A stretch of 64,000 nt of DNA from Rhodoluna sp. (GTDB taxonomy: Bacteria; Actinomycetota; Actinomycetes; Actinomycetales; Microbacteriaceae): assembly GCA_044345905.1 (NCBI GenBank), contig JBIJAF010000001.1, forward strand, positions 20,305 through 84,304, given 5' to 3'. The position numbers and the translations under genes are program-made. Shown here in pieces: positions 50,022 through 57,623 of this stretch. A model generated the notes under the pieces. The model was not told the origin of the DNA. It ran no database searches and was given only the letters and a program-made list of their open reading frames with translations. Within the stretch, counting starts at the first letter, position 1. Every line of letters begins with the position of its first letter.

Positions 50022-51023
50022 ATGAAACATCGTTATCTAGGCAATAGTGGTTTCAAGGTCAGCGAATTGGTCTATGGAAACTGGCTAACTCACGCAACCC
50101 AAATTGAAAACGATGCAGCTTACGCAACAGTGAAGGCGGCTATTGAAGGTGGAATCACTTCTTTCGATACCGCAGATGTTTACGCTAACCAAGCAGCTGA
50201 GACTGTTTTAGGTGATGCTCTTAAAGGACACCGACGCGAAGGTCTAGAAGTGTTTACAAAGGTTTATTGGCCTGTAGCAGAGCGCATGCCTAACGACACA
50301 GGTCTATCCCGTAAACACATCATGGAATCAATCAACGGTTCTCTAAAGCGCTTGCAAATGGATTACGTAGATCTTTACCAAGCACACAGATACGACGTAG
50401 AGACTCCCCTAGAAGAGACTATGCAGGCATTTGCTGACATCGTGCGCCAAGGTAAAGCTCTTTACATCGGTGTTTCAGAATGGAATGCAGAACAGATTCG
50501 TGCTGGCCACAAACTAGCAACACAGATGGGCTTCCAACTAATTTCAAGCCAGCCTCAGTACTCAATGCTGTGGCGAGTTATTGAAGCTGAAGTAATCCCA
50601 ACTTGTGAAGAACTTGGTGTTAGCCAGATTGTTTGGTCTCCTATGGCTCAAGGTGTTCTAACCGGTAAATACTTACCTGGTCAGCCAGTTCCATCCGGGT
50701 CAAGAGCTTCGAATGAAAAAGTAAACAGCTTCATTCAACAACTTCTTACCGACGATGTTCTAACTAGAGTGCAGCAGTTGAAGCCGCTTGCGGATGAACT
50801 CGGGCTTACTATGGCTCAGTTTGCATTGGCTTGGGTTCTTCAGAACAAGAACGTTTCAAGTGCAATTGTTGGAGCAACAACTCCTGAGCAGATCACCAGC
50901 AACCTAGGTGCTGTTGGAGTTGAGATTCCGAAGGAAATCATGGACAAGGTAACTGAGCTCATGGCTCCTATTGCTGTGACCGATCCTCGTGAAACTAAAG
51001 CTCCAGAAACTCGCCTAGTTTAG
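50022..51023 (+). CDS. Aldo/keto reductase
   Basis: 333-aa ORF with the D-Y-K-H tetrad contexts FDTADVYAN, VFTKVYW and YQAHRYD. Its overall pattern is like that of a Kv-beta subunit. Confidence 0.85.
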   Translation: MKHRYLGNSGFKVSELVYGNWLTHATQIENDAAYATVKAAIEGGITSFDTADVYANQAAETVLGDALKGHRREGLEVFTKVYWPVAERMPNDTGLSRKHIMESINGSLKRLQMDYVDLYQAHRYDVETPLEETMQAFADIVRQGKALYIGVSEWNAEQIRAGHKLATQMGFQLISSQPQYSMLWRVIEAEVIPTCEELGVSQIVWSPMAQGVLTGKYLPGQPVPSGSRASNEKVNSFIQQLLTDDVLTRVQQLKPLADELGLTMAQFALAWVLQNKNVSSAIVGATTPEQITSNLGAVGVEIPKEIMDKVTELMAPIAVTDPRETKAPETRLV

Positions 51024-52024
51024 TTTTTGTTGACTGCCCTAGCCCATAGTGGGCCTAGGTAAACAAAACCGGTGTAACCCTGAACCAGATTTGCACCTGC
51101 ATTTAATCGCTGTAACAGTTGCTCGTGAGTTTCAACACCACCAACAGAGATGACAACCTGGTTGGCATTTAGGTTTTTGCGAAGTACTTTCAGCACCTCT
51201 AACGAACGTTCATTAAGTGGCGGACCTGATAAACCTCCAGCACCCATGGTTGCAACATCTGACCCTGAAGTCTGAAGGTTCTCTCTCGAAATAGTTGTGT
51301 TGGTACCAATCACTCCAGCAAGATTTAACTCCTTTACAAGATTGGCAACTTCAATAATGTCCTCATCGGCAAGATCAGGAGCAATCTTCACAAGTACTGG
51401 CTTACCCAGAGACTTAGCAATAACTGCCTTAAGGATTGGGCGAAGTGAAGCTACCTCTTGAAGGGATCGCAATCCTGGAGTGTTAGGTGAGGAGACGTTG
51501 ACTGCAATGTAGTCAGCGTAAGGAGCTAGAAGTGCTGCACTCTTTTCATAATCTGCAACAGCATCTTTTACATCAACCACTCTGCTCTTACCAATGTTGA
51601 TTCCAATGACTGGAAGCTTCTGCTTTGAAGATCGAAGTTTTTCTAAACGCTTGGCAATAACCTCTGCTCCGTCGTTGTTGAAACCCATACGGTTGATTAG
51701 TGCTCGGTCTTTCTTCAACCGAAAGAGACGAGGGGCATCGTTACCTGACTGCGGGATTGCAGTTACTGTTCCGATTTCAACGTGTGAGAAGCCAATCTCC
51801 CCTAAAGCTCTAATTGCAATTGCGTTCTTATCAAAGCCAGCTGCTAAACCAAAAGGTCCTTCGAAGCTCAAACCCATCGCTTCCACTCTGGTGCTCTTGA
51901 TTTTCGGCAACAATTTTGTGAGGCGAATAACTGATGCCGCTCTAATTGCAAACATCCCTAGATGATGAGCTGTTTCAGGATCTAGTCTGGAGAGGAATAG
52001 GCGAAAGAGCGTTGGGTAAATCAT
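51020..52024 (-). CDS. pyrD: Quinone-dependent dihydroorotate dehydrogenase (class 2)
   Basis: 334-aa ORF with an N-terminal membrane-association segment, GFDKN, and the catalytic-Ser motif NVSSPNTPGLR. Confidence 0.9.
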   Translation of the reverse strand: MIYPTLFRLFLSRLDPETAHHLGMFAIRAASVIRLTKLLPKIKSTRVEAMGLSFEGPFGLAAGFDKNAIAIRALGEIGFSHVEIGTVTAIPQSGNDAPRLFRLKKDRALINRMGFNNDGAEVIAKRLEKLRSSKQKLPVIGINIGKSRVVDVKDAVADYEKSAALLAPYADYIAVNVSSPNTPGLRSLQEVASLRPILKAVIAKSLGKPVLVKIAPDLADEDIIEVANLVKELNLAGVIGTNTTISRENLQTSGSDVATMGAGGLSGPPLNERSLEVLKVLRKNLNANQVVISVGGVETHEQLLQRLNAGANLVQGYTGFVYLGPLWARAVNKN

Positions 52025-52067
52025 TCTCTTAGGTTACCTTTACCTTCGACTAATAGGCGGAAATGGA

Positions 52068-52101
52068 AATGGGTCGACTTCAGTTTTGAAGTCGACCCAT
52101 T
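52068..52101 (-). terminator. Perfect 15-bp stem-loop downstream of nrdJ (probable terminator)
   Basis: AATGGGTCGACTTCA-gttt-TGAAGTCGACCCATT lies 12 nt after the nrdJ stop. The downstream tail on the - strand is only moderately U-rich (UCCAUUUCC). Confidence 0.6.
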
Positions 52102-52113
52102 CTCAATTTAGAT

Positions 52114-54942
52114 TTAGCTGCAACCGCTTGTTGATCCACAACCTTCGCAGACGTGGCATGAGCCCGAAGGTCTCATCTTGATTCCACAGCTGAAGCAAAG
52201 AGGTGCATCAGATTCGGTTCCCTGCAGCATGTCAAACAGTTCAGCTGAAGAGTGAACCTGACGAGCGGACTCGGTGTGAACTTCTTCAACCTTTAGTTCG
52301 ATTACAACTGGGGTTTCAACAACTGCAGCTGCTTCAACAGGTGACTCAGCGATAGCTGGGTATGAACCAGCATCAAGAGTTGCTGTGCGCTCTGAAGCGG
52401 TGTTGATGCCCAATGCCTGACGAGTTTCAGTTGGTAGGTAGTCAATTGCTAGACGACGGAAGATGTAGTCCATCAATGACTTAGCCATACGGATGTCCTT
52501 GTCATCAGTCAAACCTGCTGGCTCGAATGATACGTTGGTGAACTTCTGTACGTAAGTCTCTAATGGCACACCGTACTGGAGGCCAATTGAAACTGCGATA
52601 GAGAATGCATCCATAACACCGGCAAGAGTTGATCCCTGCTTACCTAGCTTTAGGAATACTTCACCTAGAACACCATCTGGGTATGTACCTGCAGTCATGT
52701 AACCTTCTGCTCCACCAACAGTGAATGAGGTGGTTGATGAAGGACGTGATTTAGGTAGACGCTTACGCACTGGGTGTGATAGCTGAACTGGGTTAGCTTC
52801 AGCTGGCGCAGCCTTCTCTTCAACCTTTGCCTTAGCATCGCTAAGCGGCTGACCAACCTTACAGTTGTCGCGGTAAATAGCTAGAGCCTTTAGACCATAC
52901 TTCCAGCCCTGGAAATAAATTTCCTTGACTTCTTCAATGGTTGCAGTCTCTGGCATGTTTACAGTCTTTGAGATCGCACCTGAAAGGAACGGCTGAACTG
53001 CAGCCATCATTCTCACGTGACCCATTGGCTCAATCGCACGGATACCAACAGCAGTGTCGAAGATTGCGTAGTGCTCAGCCTTTAGGCCAGGAGCGTCTAC
53101 AACGTGTCCGTTTGTGCTGATGTGATCGATGATTGCTTCGATGGTCTCCTGAGAGTAACCAAGTCTGTGCAATGCGAATGGAATTGTCTGGTTAACAATC
53201 TGCATTGAACCACCGGTTGAGAGCTTCTTGTACTTCACTAGTGAGAAGTCAGGCTCAATACCTGTGGTGTCACAGTCCATCATGAATCCGATTGTTCCGG
53301 TAGGAGCAAGCAATGAAGCCTGTGAGTTACGCCATCCGTTTGATGCACCAATCTGAGTGTTTAGTGCCCACTGACGAGTAGCGTGCTCTAGAACTGAACG
53401 GTCAACCTCTGAGATTGAACGTAGGTTCGCGTTTGCTGCCTCGTGCTTACGCATGATGCGGTCGTGACCTGGCTTGTTCTGTAGGTAGCCATCGTAAGGA
53501 CCGACAACACCAGCAAGTTCAGCTGAACGACGGTAAGAAGCTGCTGACATCAATGATGTGATTGCAGCTGCTAGAGCCTGTCCTTCTGTGCTGTCGTAAG
53601 GTAGACCAATTGCCATAAGCAATGCACCAAGGTTTGCGTAACCAATACCTAGCTGACGGTAAGCACGTGTGGTCTCACCAATCTTCTCGGTTGGGAAATC
53701 AGCGAAACAGATTGAGATATCCATTGCAGTGATGATCAGCTCTGAAGCCTTTGTGAACTTCTCGCTGTCGAATGAACCGTCTGGGTTCAAGAACTTCAAC
53801 AGGTTCAAGCTCGCTAGGTTACATGATGAGTTGTCCAAGTGCATGTACTCAGAACATGGGTTAGATGCTGTGATGCGACCTGATTCTGGAGTTGTGTGCC
53901 AGTCGTTGATTATGTCGTCGTACTGGATACCTGGGTCCGCACATGCCCATGCAGCATAGGCAATCTTGTCCCATAGCTCGCGAGCATCTACTTCTTCAAT
54001 AACTTCACCGTTTGTACGAGCACGTAGACCGAAGTTTGTGCCACGCTCAACAGCTGTCATGAACTCTTCGTTCACACGAACTGAGTTGTTTGCGTTCTGG
54101 TACTGAACAGAGTTGATGTCCTTGCCACCAAGCTCCATGTCGTAACCAGCATCGCGTAGTACGCGAATCTTGTCTTCTTCGCGAGACTTGGTCTCTACGA
54201 ATTCTTCAATGTCTGGGTGATCAACATCTAGAACAACCATCTTCGCTGCACGACGTGTTGCACCACCAGACTTGATTGTTCCTGCAGATGCATCAGCACC
54301 ACGCATGAATGAAACAGGACCTGAAGCTGAACCACCTGATGAACGTAGAAGTTCCTTTGAAGAACGGATACGTGAAAGGTTTAGACCTGCACCTGATCCA
54401 CCCTTGAAGATCATTCCCTCTTCGCGGTACCAGTTAAGAATTGATTCCATTGAGTCATCCACTGACAAGATGAAACAAGCTGAAACCTGCTGTGGGCTTG
54501 ATGTACCAACGTTGAACCACACTGGTGAGTTGAAAGCGAACACCTGGTTTAGAAGCATGAAGGTTAGTTCGTGCTCGAAGATTGTTGCGTCTTCTTCAGT
54601 AGCGAAGTAACCGTGGTCACGTCCACCCTGTGTGTAAGTCAAGACAACACGGTTGATCAGCTGACGAAGGCTGAATTCACGTGCGGCTGTTCCTAGTGCA
54701 CCACGGAAGTACTTTGTGGTCACGATTGTTGAAGCGTTCAAGCTCCAGAATTCCGGGAATTCAGCGCCACGCTGTTCGAAGATGGTTTCGCCAGTCTTCC
54801 AGTTGGTCTGAACTACATCACGGAACTCCCAGTTAACCTGGTCGTATGGGTGAACGCCCTCTGTGGTGTAAATACGCTCAATCTTGAGCCCTTTTCTCCC
54901 CTGAGCCGCACCAGCGTCAGTGTAAGCCGATGTATCGGTCAT
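52114..54942 (-). CDS. nrdJ: Adenosylcobalamin-dependent ribonucleotide reductase (class II)
   Basis: 942-aa ORF with SACFIL and SNPCSEY catalytic-Cys contexts. A Cys-rich C-terminal tail, CFSCGIKMRPSGSCHVCEGCGSTSGCS, is also present. Confidence 0.9.
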   Translation of the reverse strand: MTDTSAYTDAGAAQGRKGLKIERIYTTEGVHPYDQVNWEFRDVVQTNWKTGETIFEQRGAEFPEFWSLNASTIVTTKYFRGALGTAAREFSLRQLINRVVLTYTQGGRDHGYFATEEDATIFEHELTFMLLNQVFAFNSPVWFNVGTSSPQQVSACFILSVDDSMESILNWYREEGMIFKGGSGAGLNLSRIRSSKELLRSSGGSASGPVSFMRGADASAGTIKSGGATRRAAKMVVLDVDHPDIEEFVETKSREEDKIRVLRDAGYDMELGGKDINSVQYQNANNSVRVNEEFMTAVERGTNFGLRARTNGEVIEEVDARELWDKIAYAAWACADPGIQYDDIINDWHTTPESGRITASNPCSEYMHLDNSSCNLASLNLLKFLNPDGSFDSEKFTKASELIITAMDISICFADFPTEKIGETTRAYRQLGIGYANLGALLMAIGLPYDSTEGQALAAAITSLMSAASYRRSAELAGVVGPYDGYLQNKPGHDRIMRKHEAANANLRSISEVDRSVLEHATRQWALNTQIGASNGWRNSQASLLAPTGTIGFMMDCDTTGIEPDFSLVKYKKLSTGGSMQIVNQTIPFALHRLGYSQETIEAIIDHISTNGHVVDAPGLKAEHYAIFDTAVGIRAIEPMGHVRMMAAVQPFLSGAISKTVNMPETATIEEVKEIYFQGWKYGLKALAIYRDNCKVGQPLSDAKAKVEEKAAPAEANPVQLSHPVRKRLPKSRPSSTTSFTVGGAEGYMTAGTYPDGVLGEVFLKLGKQGSTLAGVMDAFSIAVSIGLQYGVPLETYVQKFTNVSFEPAGLTDDKDIRMAKSLMDYIFRRLAIDYLPTETRQALGINTASERTATLDAGSYPAIAESPVEAAAVVETPVVIELKVEEVHTESARQVHSSAELFDMLQGTESDAPLCFSCGIKMRPSGSCHVCEGCGSTSGCS

Positions 54943-54996
54943 TGTGTTGCCTTTCTTTTAGTTTTTAACTTGTTTATGTTTTGTAATCGCATTCGA

Positions 54997-55467
54997 CTAG
55001 GTCGACTGCGAAACCTGGTTTTCGCGCTCAATTTTGAGCACAGCTATTGCTGCTTCGAAATCTTCTAATGTTTCCCAACCCTGATAAACGCTGGCGTAAC
55101 GCATAAACGCAACCTCATCAAGGGTTCTAAGTGGTCCAAGAATGGCTAAACCAACCTCTTGTGCCTCCACCTGCGCCGCTCCTGTAGCTCGAATTGTCTC
55201 TTCTACTGTCTGAGCAAGCATGGCCAGATCCGCTTCGCTAACAGGACGACCCTGGCAAGCCTTTCTGACACCGTTGGCGATTTTGTCGCGGCTAAACGGT
55301 TCTGTGGTTCCCCCGCGCTTAACTACCGAAAGACTCGAGGTTTCAGTAGTTGAAAACCGAGATCCGCACTCAGGGCACTGTCTACGGCGGCGAATTGAGC
55401 TGCCATCGTCTGTAGTCCTTGAATCCATCACCCTGGAGTCCGCATAGCGACAGAATGGACAGTGCAT
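54997..55467 (-). CDS. nrdR: Transcriptional repressor NrdR
   Basis: The N-terminus MHCPFC...CPECGSRF is a Zn ribbon, followed by an ATP-cone. ATG at 55467 is preceded by AAGGAGGAAAAC. The ORF-track extension to 55533 runs through the NrdR operator and is rejected. Confidence 0.92.
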   Translation of the reverse strand: MHCPFCRYADSRVMDSRTTDDGSSIRRRRQCPECGSRFSTTETSSLSVVKRGGTTEPFSRDKIANGVRKACQGRPVSEADLAMLAQTVEETIRATGAAQVEAQEVGLAILGPLRTLDEVAFMRYASVYQGWETLEDFEAAIAVLKIERENQVSQST

Positions 55468-55527
55468 GTTTTCCTCCTTTTGTAGGGTATTTCGACCATT
55501 TTTTACTGGGTAGAGAAACCAATATAC

Positions 55528-55574
55528 ACACAAGATGTGGTGATATTTACGTTTCCCGTCCCTATATCTTGTGG
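55528..55574 (-). promoter_or_regulatory. Tandem NrdR boxes upstream of nrdR-nrdJ
   Basis: The two 16-mers are ACACAAGATGTGGTGA (55528-55543) and TCCCTATATCTTGTGG (55559-55574). Each matches the published acaCwAtATaTwGtgt consensus at about 12/16 positions. They are centred 31 bp apart, the usual three-turn spacing. A TATATT -10-like hexamer (- strand, 55526-55521) lies immediately downstream. Confidence 0.6.
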
Positions 55575-55706
55575 TTTGGGTGACTTTCTTGCCAGTATTT
55601 GTATTTGTCGGCGTGTTGCCCTAGTAAATCAAGGTTTAAGCCCGAGAACCCTAACCTTCAACCAAAGAATTAACCTTTTTGTTATAAAAGAAAAAGTCTT
55701 GGTTTT

Positions 55707-57020
55707 TTACTGAAAACGGATTTTTATCGCTTCGCCGTGGGCTTCTAAGCCCTCTGAATCTGCGATAGCGACTACGTTAGTTGAGACCTCTGACAATGCT
55801 GTTTCGCTGTATTCGACGACCTGTTGAGGCCTTAGGAACGTGTGTACACCCAAACCTGAGCCGAATCTAGCTTGCCCACCAGTAGGCAGCACGTGGTTAG
55901 AACCAGCTAGGTAATCCCCCAAAGAAACTGGCGAGAAACTTCCCAAGAAAATAGCTCCAGCATTCGAAATTTTGCTTGCGAGCTGGCTATTTTGTTTGGT
56001 TTGGATCGACAGGTGCTCGGTGGCATAGAAATCTGCCACCTTGGCAGCCGCATCCATGTCGCTAACCAGCACCAAGGCGCTCTGTTGGCCCTTCAGAGCC
56101 TCCAAAATCCTTGATTTGTTTGGTGCTGCTTCAACCTGTTTAGCAAGCTCTAAAGCCACCTTCTCGATGAATTCCCTAGAGTCTGAAACCAACACTGCAG
56201 CAGCAAGTTCATCGTGTTCAGCCTGGGAAATCAGATCTGCTGCCACAAAGCCAGGATTAGCTGAATCATCGGCTAGAACCATAATCTCGGTAGGTCCAGC
56301 TTCCGAATCGATGGCAATAACGCCTCTTAGCATTCGCTTAGCGGCTGCCACATAGACATTTCCAGGTCCTGTTACCAGGTTCACTGGTTCCAAACCAATT
56401 TCAGGAACTCCGTAGGCGAAAGCTATGACAGCTGCTGGGCCTCCGATTGTAAAGACATCACTAACTCCTAGAAGCTCAGCGGTTGCAAGCACTGTTGGGT
56501 GTGGTCTGCCACCAAAAGCGGCTTGGCCGGGTGTTGCAATGGCTATCTTCTTCACACCTGCAGCAATTGCAGGAACTACATTCATGATCACACTAGATGG
56601 ATATACAGCCTTACCGCCTGGAACATAGAGACCAACAGAATCAACTGGTTGATACCTTTGTGAAACTGTCGCCCCAGGTGCTAGTTCTGTTGAAAAACCT
56701 TTAGGCGTCGACTGAATTGCGACTTTTCTAACTCTTTCAATCGCAATTTCAAGTGATGACCTCAAATTCGGCTCAAGGTTAGCCAGTGCATTTGTTAGTT
56801 CCTCTTCAGAAACTCGGATTGGATCAATGTCAATCCCATCAATGTCTTTGGCAATTGCCTTGATGGCTTGAGACCCGCCTGTTCTGATCTTTTTGACGAG
56901 TGGACGAATAATCTCAACTACTGCATCTAAATCCAATGAAGCTCTCGGGATATCCTTCAAAACTTGGTCAGCAGAAATTTCGCTGTTACTGAGATCTAGA
57001 AATCTAATCAAATTACTCAA
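55707..57020 (-). CDS. hisD: Histidinol dehydrogenase
   Basis: 437-aa ORF with the motifs SQAEHDE and GDYLAGSNHVLPTGG. It starts at TTG. Confidence 0.92.
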   Translation of the reverse strand: MSNLIRFLDLSNSEISADQVLKDIPRASLDLDAVVEIIRPLVKKIRTGGSQAIKAIAKDIDGIDIDPIRVSEEELTNALANLEPNLRSSLEIAIERVRKVAIQSTPKGFSTELAPGATVSQRYQPVDSVGLYVPGGKAVYPSSVIMNVVPAIAAGVKKIAIATPGQAAFGGRPHPTVLATAELLGVSDVFTIGGPAAVIAFAYGVPEIGLEPVNLVTGPGNVYVAAAKRMLRGVIAIDSEAGPTEIMVLADDSANPGFVAADLISQAEHDELAAAVLVSDSREFIEKVALELAKQVEAAPNKSRILEALKGQQSALVLVSDMDAAAKVADFYATEHLSIQTKQNSQLASKISNAGAIFLGSFSPVSLGDYLAGSNHVLPTGGQARFGSGLGVHTFLRPQQVVEYSETALSEVSTNVVAIADSEGLEAHGEAIKIRFQ

Positions 57021-57125
57021 AGCGAAAACTTCCTGTTAGTTGCTCTATTTTAGGACAACTATCTGAAGAATCATTCAATTCGTCTCGGCTAGGTTAACCT
57101 TGGATTCGGACAAGAAAGTAAAGCC

Positions 57126-57623
57126 ATGGACAACATCACAAACAGCACCGAAGCACTAAAGCAGGCATTTAGACGTCACGCCTCGGGTGTTTGCGTCATA
57201 ACGCTAAATGGTGCCGATGGAGCTCCCGTAGGCTTCACTGCAACTTCTGTGACTTCACTGGGCTCGGATCCCGCATTAGCAACCTTCAACGTTGCTAGAG
57301 GAGCAAGTAGCTGGCCAGCTTTGAAGTCCTCAGAGTTTGTGTCAATTCAAATGCTGAATGAATCTTCACTACAACTTGCACAAAAAATGAGCCAAGACCA
57401 GACCAAGAGATTCTTAGATGATGACTGGTTCGTTCATGAAAAAACAGGCTTACCGATTTTCAATAACGTGAATGCAGTTCTCATTGGAAGAATCATTGAA
57501 AGACACGAGGTGGCAGCAAATGCTGTCATCGTTGTTGAGATTATTGAAGGCCTATTGGCCGAAGAGCTCCCCAGCTTGCTCTACCACCAAAGGGGCTACG
57601 TCATCCCCGGCGATAGGCTCTAA
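57126..57623 (+). CDS. Flavin reductase family protein
   Basis: 165-aa ORF with a flavin reductase-like pattern (FRRHASGVCVIT...GFTATSVTSLGSDP...LLYHQRGY). Confidence 0.75.
   Translation: MDNITNSTEALKQAFRRHASGVCVITLNGADGAPVGFTATSVTSLGSDPALATFNVARGASSWPALKSSEFVSIQMLNESSLQLAQKMSQDQTKRFLDDDWFVHEKTGLPIFNNVNAVLIGRIIERHEVAANAVIVVEIIEGLLAEELPSLLYHQRGYVIPGDRL

Noticed and set aside
55468-55533. 22-codon N-terminal extension of nrdR in the ORF track (TTG 55533)
   Set aside because: NrdR proteins begin with the MxCPxC zinc ribbon. ATG 55467 has a strong AAGGAGG ribosome-binding site, and the extension runs through the NrdR box and the -10-like hexamer.
55575-55706. Possible terminator or small RNA in the 130-bp spacer between hisD and the nrdR operators
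   Set aside because: The spacer contains only A/T runs (AAAAAGTCTTGGTTTTTT) and I could find no stable stem. It most likely simply houses the nrdR promoter.
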